From Octopus vulgaris (Eukaryota): a stretch of DNA of 64,000 nt. The notes under the pieces are model-generated. The model was not told the DNA's origin. It searched no databases and worked only from the letters and a program-made list of their open reading frames with translations. Both the position numbers and the translations under genes were made by a program. The DNA lies in assembly GCA_951406725.2 (NCBI GenBank), contig OX597815.1:120280001-120344000 (forward strand), given 5' to 3'. How positions within the stretch are numbered: position 1 is the stretch's first letter; every line of letters begins with the position of its first letter. Positions 1-10,550 of this stretch are shown piece by piece.

Positions 1-301
1 GATTTCTTCGACTAAAACTATTTAATGTGGTGCTCCAGCATGGCTGCAGTCAAGTGACCGAAACAAGTAAAAGAATATATATATATATATACATCGAACA
101 TTATTAAGAATTAATAGATACATTATATAGATACATTATATATATATATATATCGAACATTATTAAGAATTAATAGATACATTATATATATATATGCTTC
201 AAAATCACATGGTTCTGGGTTTAGTCTAAGCTAAGAGCACTAGATTCTTTGGAAGAAATCAAGCGAATGTATACGAAAACAAGGACGAAAAAAAAAACCC
301 C

Positions 302-697
302 GGCAGGTGTGGCTGTGTGGTAAGTAGCTTGCTTACCAACCGCATGGTTCCGGGTTTAATCCCACTGCGTGGCACCTTGGGCAAGTGTATTCTGTTATAG
401 CCTCGGGCCGACCAAAGCCTTGTGAGTGGATATATGTATATATATATATATATGTATGTATATGTGTGTATATGTTGTGTATCTGTGTTTGTCCCCCCGC
501 AACATCGCTTGACAACTGATGCTGGCATGTTTACGTCCCCGTAACTTAGCGGTTCGGCAAAAGAGACCGATAGAATAAGTACTAGGCTTACAAAGAATAA
601 GTACTAGGCTTACAAAGAATAAGTTTGATTCGACTAAAGGCGGTGCTCCAGCATGGACACAGTCAAATGACTGAAACAAGTAAAAGAATAAAAGAAT
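302..697 (+). mobile_element. tRNA-derived SINE family A (CORE-like box, internal microsatellite)
   Basis: A/B-box head (TGGCTGTGTGG / GGTTTAATCCC), CCTTGGGCAAGTG box, TAAAAGA tail; internal tandem duplication of AGAATAAGTACTAGGCTTACAA. Confidence 0.85.
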
Positions 698-1269
698 TAA
701 AGAAATGGTACGCAATTACAAATACAAACAACAGGTGTCTGCAAGATACTTTATGTGAATATATCAGTAAATATATAAGACTGCATGGGCACGGGTAGAC
801 TAAATTTCGTCATAGGTTTTCTTATAAGTTGAGCAGGAGTTAGATAACCACAACAGACTACACATGATTATTACAAGGAAAAAAAAAATACTCGCACTCA
901 CGCCTACACAGAAGCTGACTCTCCTACATAATAGCAACTGAGCAAAGAGATACATACCTGAAATCTAGCCTTTTTAACCCTGATCACTTCGCGTATGTTA
1001 TTTAAATATTCATATTCGTCACAGTCGAGGTAACATCGCCCTAGCAACCGATAACCAAAGATACTAAATTACAGTCTATTTTCGCAATATTTCCTAATAG
1101 AGTTTAACTACAAGTGTCACCTGGTTACGTAAACTATCTCGGTTACTAATATACAAAAGATTCGCCATGATTGTGTTAATGCAATCAATATTCTACGGTT
1201 GCTAGCAACAAGTAGATCGACTGTTAAAAAGTTGTTTCAATAAAAGGTTTTACTAATGGCATCACCACA

Positions 1270-1469
1270 CCTCTCTCTCTCTCTCTCTCTCACTTCTCCC
1301 GCTCTCCTCTAGTGTTTTCTTCTCTCTCTACTACCCTTCATACTCCTTCCCTCTGCTATCCCGTCCCCTTTTCTCCATCGTTCACTCTTGTCTCTATTTT
1401 CTTTTCTTTCGCTTTTTACTATCTCACTATTCTCGCTTTCTCTCTATCAATTTCTATGCCTCACACATA

Positions 1470-1534
<65 letters not shown>

Positions 1535-1572
1535 TTTGTCCGTCTATCCTCCCCATTTTCCCTAATTCTCTT

Positions 1573-1604
<32 letters not shown>

Positions 1605-1662
1605 TCACGCATTTATCTATCCCTCCCTGTTTTCTCTAATTCTGTCTCTCTCTCCCTCTTTT

Positions 1663-1695
<33 letters not shown>

Positions 1696-1777
1696 TATCT
1701 GTCCCTCCCCGTTTTCTCTAATTTTCTCTCTCTCTCACACACTCACCTTTGTCTGTCTGTCCCTCCCCATTTTCTCT

Positions 1778-1825
<48 letters not shown>

Positions 1826-1851
1826 ACCTACCTACCTACCTACATACCTAC

Positions 1852-1941
<90 letters not shown>

Positions 1942-1955
1942 GTCTATCTATCTCA
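1270..1955. repeat. Compound (CT)n/(CA)n/(CTAT)n microsatellite with a 4-copy higher-order unit
   Basis: Unit TGTCCCTCCCC.TTTTCTCTAATT(CT)n(CA)n recurs near 1537, 1615, 1699 and 1758. Confidence 0.85.
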
Positions 1956-2194
1956 CGGTACATTAGTTTCTATTACATTGTTATTGTCTCATAAGTATTA
2001 GGTTTTCATTTGACACAATGCATTCGTATTCGACAGCCGACAGTCAACAAACGTAGCATGTCATCAGCTGACTAAAGAAGTTATTTCATTAACTCAGTGT
2101 TTCTCTCGGTACCCACCCTCCACTAGTGAGTCCTGCGAAATATGAAAAAATGACAGATATATATTGTCTAATATTATATAATAAAGTTAAGATA

Positions 2195-2425
2195 GGCGCA
2201 GGAGTGGCTGTGTGGTAAGTAGCTTGCTAACCAACCACATGGCTCCGGGTTCAGTCCCACTGCGTGGCATCTTGGGCAAGTGTCTTCTGCTATAGCCCCG
2301 GGCCGACCAATGCCTTTACAAAGAATAAGTCCCGGGGTCGATTTGCTCGACTAAAGGCGGTGCTCCAGCATGGCCGCAGTCAAATGACTGAAACAAGTAA
2401 AAGATAAAGATAAAAGATAAAAGAT
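2195..2425 (+). mobile_element. SINE family A, internally deleted
   Basis: Head joined directly to the tail at GCCTT|TACAAAG. Confidence 0.85.
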
Positions 2426-2511
2426 AGTTTCAAACGGTTTAATCTTCTCCAAAGCTGTAGCGAAGAAAGAAGAATTATATGGGTGCAAAGTTTAAGTTTA
2501 TTCATTAATAA

Positions 2512-2824
2512 CTGGCACTCCGTCGGTTGCGACGACGAGTGTTCCAGTTGATCCGATCAACAAGAACAGCCTTCTCGTGAAATTAACGGGCTAGTGGCTG
2601 AGCATGCCACTGATACACGTACCCTCAACATAGTTCTCAGGGAAATTCAGCGTGACGAGGCTGACCCTTTGAAATACAAATATTACTCAATTTTGCCAGC
2701 TGAGTGAGTGGAGCAACGTGAAACAAAGAGTCTTGCTCAAGGACACACTGCGCCGCTGGGAATCGAACTCACTAACTTATGATCGTAAGTCGAATTCCCT
2801 AACTACAAAGGCACGCGTCTTCAC
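2512..2824 (-). mobile_element. tRNA-derived SINE family B
   Basis: Minus-strand head with GAGTTCGATTCCC B-box followed by GTGTCCTTGAGCAAGAC; a related head occurs at 41683 (+). Confidence 0.7.
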
Positions 2825-3585
2825 TCTCATTAAAAAAGGTGGGGATTCTCACTCATTTGCTGAACAGTTTTGCTAGAGGTATTTGTCACCAGGATCTCAG
2901 AGAAATTTGACACGGCGAAACAAGTCAACTTTCAGAAAGGGGAAACTCAAAATTCACAAAGGGATAGTAAGTTTTTATTTTATTTTAGTTTTTACCAAGG
3001 GATGAGTTCCGCAGATAGTTATAGACTCCTTGGAAAGACTTCCTTTTGTACTTCATCATAATTTTTTTAAAATATTATACATGGTGGAAAATTGATTTCC
3101 AAGCATGTCTTACAATAATAATGATGAGAAAGTCATAAAAATTAAAAATTACTATTAAAAAAAATTTCATTTCTATATTATGTATTTTCATGTCCCAATT
3201 TACCCAACATTAAAGCCTAAACTGCATAACTCTATGAAATTTGCTTAATCTTGGGACATGAATATACATAATACAGAAATGAAGCTTTTTAGATAGAAAT
3301 TCTTAATTTTTATGACTTTCTCATCATCTTTATTATAAGACATGTGTAATATTTTAAAAAACATTTTTATGGTGGGGGGAGGTACAAAAGGAAGTCTTTC
3401 CGACTCATTGCCTATTTGAACCTGAACCGCCTGTTTATGAGTCCTGTTTGGCAGTTTGAGAACCGCTACATTATCTGTCTTTGGCAATTATTTCGTACTT
3501 ATATAGTGGCAATGGCTAACATGCTTTAACTAGTGACTAAAAAGATAAAAAAGTGTTTACTGCCATTGAGTAATAACATTAAGAC

Positions 3586-3960
3586 CCTGGACGAAATGCT
3601 TAGCGGTATTTTGCCCGTCGCTACGTTCTGAGTTCAAATTCCGCCGAGATCGACTTTACCTTTCATCCTTTCCGGGTCGATGAAATAAGTACCAGTGAAA
3701 CACTGGGGTCGAGGTATTGACTAGACCCCGCTCGTCAAATTTCAGGCCTTGTGCCTTTAGCAGAGAGAATCGTTACCACGCCGGGCAAAATACTTAGCGG
3801 CATTTCGTCCGCTTTTACGTTCTGAGTTCAAATTCCGCCGAGGTCAACTATACCTTTCATCCTTTCGGAGTCGATAAAGTAAGTACCATCAGGAGTCGAT
3901 GTAATCGACTTATCTCCTCCCACCAAACTGCCGGCCTTGTGCCAAAATTTGAAATCAATA
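3586..3960 (+). mobile_element. SINE family C, two tandem copies
   Basis: GAGTTCAAATTCCGCCGAG B-box plus CCTTTCATCCTTTCGGGGTCGAT..AAGTACCAG-type central domain; other copies near 10268-10716, 26352-26563, 27900-28010, 41513-41669, 58513-58704 (+) and 28917-29296, 32165-32320 (-). Confidence 0.8.
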
Positions 3961-4109
3961 TTTAGTTTCTTTTTACACGTTCTATGTTTAAATGGCGCCC
4001 AAGTTCTTCTAATAATAAACACTATTTCAATCGATTGTATTTCGCTAAAAATATCTTGGCATTTGTTTTGTTGATAAATTATGGAGCAGGCATTGATTGA
4101 ACAAATTGT

Positions 4110-4287
4110 GGTACTACTTAAATACAGAGGTCCGTTAACAGTACTACTACTTAAATAGAGGTGTTACGTACAAAACATTTTGAATGTACGCTGTGTAGAC
4201 GTGTAATTAACACCCTAACCCTAAAACTAATCCTCCTCTTCATATCGTTACGTAGATGCATCGGGACCTCTGTATATAAGTAGTGCC
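4110..4287. mobile_element. MITE with 24-bp TIRs and internal CCCTAA units
   Basis: GGTACTACTTAAATACAGAGGTCC (4110-4133) matches the reverse complement of 4264-4287 with 2 mismatches. Confidence 0.75.
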
Positions 4288-4489
4288 AAAGTGGTAAAAA
4301 GAGGTCAATGAAGAGTTGAACGGAAAGACTTCAGCCCCCCACCCCCATTTTCTCCCAAATTTGCTTATTTTTGTAATTTTTTTTGCCAAAAATCCCCGTT
4401 TTCAGATATGGAGGTTCCGGTAAATTGCCAAAAATGGGCATTGTGAAATTCCCCCCTTCCTCCAACTTCTTCAGTTTTGACTTTTTTCC

Positions 4490-4610
4490 CTAACACTAAA
4501 CCTAAAACCCTAACCCTAAGCCTAACCCTAAAACCCTAACCCTAACCCTAACCCTAACCCTAAAACCTAACCCTAACCCTAGTCCTAACTCTGAAACCGT
4601 AACCGTAAGT
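4490..4610 (+). repeat. Degenerate (CCCTAA)n telomere-like tract inside a fold-back element
   Basis: Run of CCCTAA/CCTAA/CCGTAA units. Confidence 0.85.
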
Positions 4611-5608
4611 ATAGAAATTTTTGTCCGAATCGTGATGTCCGTATTTTTCCGCCCATTTAGAAAAAAAAAAAGATTCTTAAGAAAAAATTTTACAAAGGTT
4701 GTTGGAATTTTTTTTCAGAATCATAATCTTCGTATTTTTCCGCATATTTTGAAGACAAAAAAATTGCGAAAAAGGTTAAAAATGAAGGAAATGGGGGTGG
4801 TGGTAATTTAGAAATGTCAATTTTTGCCAATTGTTTTTGCAGATTCGTATTCCTCGTAACAGAAAAGGGTGGGGGGTCGAAAAAAATTTTTTAAGGGCAG
4901 TTTTTTTGGGGGTGGGTGAGGTCCTGCCAGTTGGACTTTATCAATTTAGGAAGTATATTTAGCTGTGTCCATTTAAGGAGCTTTGAAATAAAGGTACATA
5001 ATAAAGGTTACACAGAGGTAACGATAAATATCAGAAGGCAATGTTTATGGTTAACAAACATAATTTATTCCTTGCTCACACATGAAATAGCCGGCACAAC
5101 AGAGATAAGCGTACAAGACAACAGGGTGTAGGAGAATGAGTTACTTCCTTAATATATATCAAGGCAAAAAAAAAGTCACAAGGGTTTTGTCCGGATCCCA
5201 TAAATCAATTGTGACTTTCTTACCTATTTCTTTATTACCCAGAAGGGGCTAAACATTGAGTGGACAAAATAAACGCTCTTGAAAAGCGCGCGTTATTACT
5301 TGGGCGGAAGTCGTCATTTGTATTCCTCCGCCACTAGCCTTTAAAGAGCGGAGGAACGCAGCACCAGTGTGCTGCTACGCTGAGGCGAAGTAATTCGACT
5401 GCCCTGCTATACTACAAAGTTATTGAATTTTCTTTAAGTTCTTGTGTTACCTATTTGTCATGTTACTTGCATAATAGTATGATTAATTATTAGGGCGGTG
5501 ATTAATAAAATATGTCAAAGGAGGTGTTTGGATCTTGTGATAGGTGGATTGTTTCCAAGATAAAATTTATCATTATCTTTGAAAATCAGTGTAGCTTACG
5601 TAATTTAT

Positions 5609-5780
5609 AGGCGCAGGCGTGGCTGTGTGGTAAGAAGCTTGCTTCCAAGCCACATGGTTCCGGGTTCAGTCCCACTGCGCGGCACCTTGGGTAAACGACT
5701 TCTACTATAACCTCGTGCTGACCAAAGCCTTATGAGTGGATTTGGTAGATGGAAACTGAAAGAAGCCCGTCGTTTATATA
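5609..5780 (+). mobile_element. SINE family A 5' half, Tc1 inserted at its TA tract
   Basis: Family A head through GAAAGAAGCCCGTCG. Confidence 0.85.
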
Positions 5781-5782
5781 CA

Positions 5783-6918
5783 TAGACATGCAAGAAATAA
5801 ATAGACACCTTTGATTTTCAAAATCTTTTATTTAATACGCAAAGCGAACACTTGAAATGTAATCGATAGGTAGGACTGCATACTTTAGTATTTAGTTGAC
5901 ATTCTCTTTGCAGTTTTTAATTCAGAAACTCTTTTTGGTATTGAACTGATGAGCTTTGTGATTGTCTCTTCTGGAATTTCTGCCTACTCTTCACGCAACA
6001 ATCGAAACAATTCACCTTTAGGTTTAGGTTTCTGTCGAGTTCTTCATATAACTCTATCTAGTATTCTCCAAAGATTTTCAATTGGTTTCATGTCAAGAGA
6101 TTGGCTCAGCCATTGATGATTCCTTTTGGGCTCCATGACGTGTGGCATGGAGCCCCGTCTTCCATGAATAAAAACTCATTTTTCGTTATGTTATCGTGTG
6201 AATAGATCGGAAGTATTCCTTGCTTAAGTATTTCGATGCATTTTTCAGAGTTTATGGTTCCAACACATTCGATCAGCTCAGAACGACCATTGCTGGTGAC
6301 AGCTCCCCATACCATTACAGAGATACCGCCATGTTTCACAGTTGGTTGGAGTTGTTTCAAATCAAATTCTTGATTGGGAAGCCTCCAGACCCAAACAAGT
6401 CCACTGACTGAAAATAATGCAAATCTGGATTCATCTGAGAAAATCACTCTATCCAAAACGAACTGGATTTTTCTGACATCTCCTTAGCCCATTTCTTTCT
6501 TTTCATGATATTAATTGGTTGAAGAGGAGGTTTTCTTCTAACTGTTCGTCCATAATACCCAAGCTTATGTAGATATGTAACACACTTTCTTGGACTAACT
6601 TCTAGATGTTTTGCAATGTCAGAAGCCTTCGAACGGGGTTCGTTTTCCACAATTCTCTTCAAACAGCAAAGCTTTCTTTCCGAGGACCCAGGTCGGCCGG
6701 AACGAAAATCTGTTGATTCTTTCATTGGCTTTTGAATTGTACTATAAGTCTATTAACAGAAGCAAGAGGATTTGAATATTTTCGGCAATTTTCGCTGGCT
6801 AAGACCAGCTTCAGATTGCCCATCAATACGACCTCTTTGAAAATCTGAGAGTTCTGCTGAATTTTTCGTGCGTGGCATGGTTACTATTAAAGGTGTCTAT
6901 TTATTTCTTGCATGTCTG
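5783..6918 (-). mobile_element. Tc1-family DNA transposon (decayed)
   Basis: 30-bp TIRs (C/T)AGACATGCAAGAAATAAATAGACACCTTT at 5783-5812 and 6889-6918; TA on the right flank, CA on the left. Confidence 0.93.
5885..6878 (-). pseudogene. Tc1 DDE transposase with frameshifts
   Basis: MPRTKNSAELSDFQRGRI...RRKPPL...VIFSDESRF...TVKHGG.SVMVWG...MEDGAPCH...SLDMKPIENLW...STKY-stop, spread over several frames. Confidence 0.92.
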
Positions 6919-6964
6919 TATATATATGTATGTAAGTATGTATGTATGTATGTATGTATGTATG

Positions 6965-7000
<36 letters not shown>

Positions 7001-7002
<2 letters not shown>

Positions 7003-7380
7003 CGTAGGAATGGTTGTGTGGTAAGTAGCTTGCTTACCAACCACATGGTTCCGGGTTCAGCCCCACTGCGTGGCACCTTGGGCAAGTGTCTTCTACTATA
7101 GCCTCGGGCCGACCAAAGCCTTGTGAGTGGATTTGATTGACGGAAACTGAAAGAAGTCCGTCGTATATATATATATGTATATGTGTGTGTCTGTGTTTGT
7201 CCCCCCCCCAACATCGCTTGACAACCGATGCTGATATGTTTACGTCCCCCGTAACTTAACGGTTCGGCAAAAGAGACCGATAGAATAAGTAGTAGGATTA
7301 CAAAGAATAAGTCTTGGGGTCGATTTGCTCGACTAAAGGTAGTGTTCCAACATAGCCGCAGTCAAACGACTGAAACAAAC
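7001..7380 (+). mobile_element. SINE family A, full length
   Basis: Matches the other copies. Confidence 0.9.
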
Positions 7381-7474
7381 ATTTTCATCCTTCTAGGGAA
7401 TTCGTGTAAATGAAATACACTGTTTTATTTGAATTAATTTTGAAAAATCTTGCTTCTCACAATATAGAAATATT

Positions 7475-8270
7475 TCACAAGGCTCCAGTAGACAAAATGG
7501 AAAAGGCATTGCCCTGGAGGATGGCAAGGGACATGCGCTGAAACAGCCACCCTGACTTACAGGGCTCGCATCTGCAGACAACTATCTCTGCCCCGATAGC
7601 ACTCTCTTTTACTCTTTTACTTGTTTCAGTCATTTGACTGCAGCCATGCTGGAGCACCGCCTTTAGTCGAGTAAACCGACCCTAGGACTTATTCTTTGTA
7701 AGCCTAGTACTTATTCTATCGGTCACTTTTGCTGAACCGCAAGGTTTACGGGAACGTAAACACACCACCATCGGTTGTCGAGTGATGTTGGGAGGGGGGG
7801 GGGGCAAACAGACACACAAGCACACACATATACATACATACGACGGGCTTCTTTTCAGTTTCCGTGTACCAAATCCAGTCACAAGGCTTTAATCGGCCCG
7901 AGGCTATATTAGAAGACACTTGCCCAAAGTTCCACGCAGTGGGACTGAACCCGGAACCATGTGGTTGGTAAGCAAGCTACTTACAACACAGCCACTCCTG
8001 CTCAGTAGGAATATGGTCAAGAGGCCAAGAACGCTGGCGGTCTCCATTGCCACAGGCTCGACCATAACTCTGTCAGAAAGCAATCGATACATTGACAGTT
8101 TTTCTTTTCCTCAGCCTGACGAGCAGCGGAGCCTGGGATGATATCTGACAACAACAAGATGCCACTGGAGACGGTGTCAGCAGATGGCATTTCAGTTGCG
8201 AAACTCCCACCACGGAACAGGAAAATCGTCATACTGTCCAGCTTTTACCGTCGAGGAAAGACGGGTTGAC
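7475..8270 (-). mobile_element. 3' fragment of a CRE-like non-LTR retrotransposon (restriction-like endonuclease domain), split by a SINE
   Basis: ADTV...PGSAARQAEEKK...VEPVAMETASVLG...FLLS|AIG...WLFQRMSLAILQGNAFSIL resembles the CRE-clade C-terminal consensus as I recall it. Confidence 0.7.
7601..8001 (-). mobile_element. SINE family A, full length
   Basis: Reverse complement of family A. Confidence 0.9.
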
Positions 8271-8308
8271 CGAGATACAGTTAGATATCATTTGAAGCTA
8301 CTTCGCGC

Positions 8309-8464
8309 CACTAGCGGAGCTAGTGAGGGAGGGGGCGGCTGGGGCGGTCCGCGCCGGGCGGCACTTTTGGGTCTGCTGTAGGCAGTATGTGTTTTTTGTT
8401 TGATCCGAGGGCGGCAAACGGAAGGTTCGCACCCCGGACGGTACACACTCTAGCTACGCTAGTG
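8309..8464. mobile_element. GC-rich MITE (hAT-like)
   Basis: 15-bp TIR CACTAGCG(G/T)AGCTAG; partly decayed 8-bp TSD CTTCGCGC / CTTCAGTC. Confidence 0.7.
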
Positions 8465-10026
8465 CTTCAGTCAGATATCCATCGGCGTTTAAGTGTTCTT
8501 GTGGTAGAAGTGATGCGTGTATATTCGAATAACCTGAGAAAACACTTAAATACGCACAGAAAATTGAAGATATTCAGGTTTTTTGTTTTTGCATTAATAA
8601 AATATCAACCTTTTCAGCTTATTGTATATAATTCGTTATCTCAAGTCGACTTTGTTTTAATCTTTTTTTGAAGTAATTATATACACATCGATTATATACT
8701 AAGATCAGCTGCTCCAAGCGCAATTTGCTTTCACGAAAGCACTGATTTGGAAAAATATTGTTCTATGCTTCAATGCTACTCAGTGCTAAGTATATTACAT
8801 GACTTTGTTCATTTGTAACATCCTGACAGTATATTTCCACAGCGCAAATCTATAATCTCGTTAATTCATTTAATTTTTATTTGATAAAAAAATGTTTTGA
8901 TTTAACAAGTGTCTGATCAACCGCAAATCTATTTATTTCTGATACGTATTAAAGGTTTCTCGCCCTTGAAAACTTCGGCTAAAGCAATGTTGCTGTTATT
9001 TTCATCAGTAAGACCTCCGACTATGGTATTTGTCAGCGTTTCGAACGTCTTATAGCTTTGTTAAGCAAACAAACTAGTGGAGACGAGAATACATTTATCA
9101 AAGGTTTATTATTTTACGTACATCAGGGCTTAAGTCGCCAGTTATTTCTGTTTAGTTCATTCAGATTCGTTTAACACTCACTGTTGACAGTCTTTTGTTT
9201 TTCTTCTCCTACCGGAAGTTCCTTTTTTCTGATGACCAACTTCCTAGCTAGCCCGTAGCGAAGTTCCTCTCTACAGATCGTCTGTCACGAATCCTGCCCT
9301 ACAATCTCATCTTTTGGATAGGTTTTCTATTTGATGGTTTGTTACATTACAATATGCAATGGTGAACAACTTTCATTCTTCACTTTTAACAACACATACT
9401 TCTACACCAATGATAATAACCCTTAATTTCCTTAACCTTCGAACACCATCAATCATCCAGATGAAACCTAGAAACATTATGATAGATTTGTATGGCACAC
9501 ATGAATATGATAAAGCTAAATGAATATAAATAATCGGACTCACCTCAGTGAGTCTATGGCAAGTCTAGATATTTTCAATAGCATCTAAATACAATCACTA
9601 CATATATCAAGAAGCAATCGTACAACATATAACTGTTTGTATGTTAACGGTTAGTTTTTCTAACGTCGGAGTTGTCAAATGCAAGAGTTGGTGGGATGTG
9701 GCATAGATGTCAGGTCTAAGAATGTAATGGGTAAGTTGGTTGCTTTGAAGTCAATGGAATAAATGGCATAAGAAGATGATAGTTGAAATGGCCTTTATTT
9801 TACCATTACAGTATAAAAACAACTGCTCCGAGTTGTTGTTATATAAAGATTAGTTGAAGTTCTGCTGTCCATTTCGTAGGTGGTTGTGTTCATCTGTAGG
9901 TGACTGCTAAGAGATCAAAGGAAGGAGGAAAGAGAAAGAGTAAGAAAATTAACCTCGCTGGGTTGACGAGTGGAGAAAGGGAAGATTGTATTGTCACTTG
10001 TTGATATGCCAAGAGTGAAGAAAGAA

Positions 10027-10092
<66 letters not shown>

Positions 10093-10312
10093 GGAGAAAG
10101 AGAGAGAGATATATATGCTCCTTTAAAAAATCATGTATACATAAAGAGGGTGCACCTTCGGCAAGGGTGCCAAATGAAAGAGGGAGAAGCCTCTACAACA
10201 AAGCGTCGGGGGTAAGAAGAATAATTGTATTTGAACTCTATATTTATAATATTTTCCGAACTAACTAGGGCACTGAGCTGGCAGGATCGTTAGTAAGCTG
10301 GGTAAAATTTTA

Positions 10313-10550
10313 CAGTAATCCCTCGCCGTATCGCGGTTTACCTATCGCGGTTCACCTGTCGAGGTTCACCTGTCGCGGTTCACCTATCGCGTCAATTCCT
10401 CTGTGGTGTTGTTTTGCATTTATGATAAAAAAATATATACAAATTATATAAATAATAAAAAATATATACAGTACTGTTTCTACTTCGCGGATTTTCACCT
10501 ATCGCGGGATGTTTTAGAATGTAACACCCGCGATAGTCGAGGAATTATTG
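10313..10550. mobile_element. pogo/Tigger-like MITE inserted in a SINE
   Basis: TA-CAGTAATCCCTCG ... CGAGGAATTATTG-TA; internal CACCTATCGCGGTT repeats; SINE sequence continues on both sides. Confidence 0.85.

Noticed and set aside
302-375. tRNA-like A/B boxes
   Set aside because: SINE heads without a full cloverleaf; not tRNA genes.
259-715. ORFs with PKVPRSG...[13 protein letters not shown] recurring across the window
   Set aside because: Translations of SINE family A, not a gene family.
4490-4610. Telomere or chromosome-fusion site
   Set aside because: Short, degenerate, single orientation and embedded in a fold-back repeat.
8955-9130. Two CTGATG and GAAAC motifs on the minus strand (possible tandem hammerheads)
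   Set aside because: Stems I and III and the cleavage triplet could not be formed; at best a decayed remnant.
10330-10392. Short regular repeats CACCT(A/G)TCGCGGTT
   Set aside because: Subterminal repeats of a MITE with no spacers; not CRISPR.
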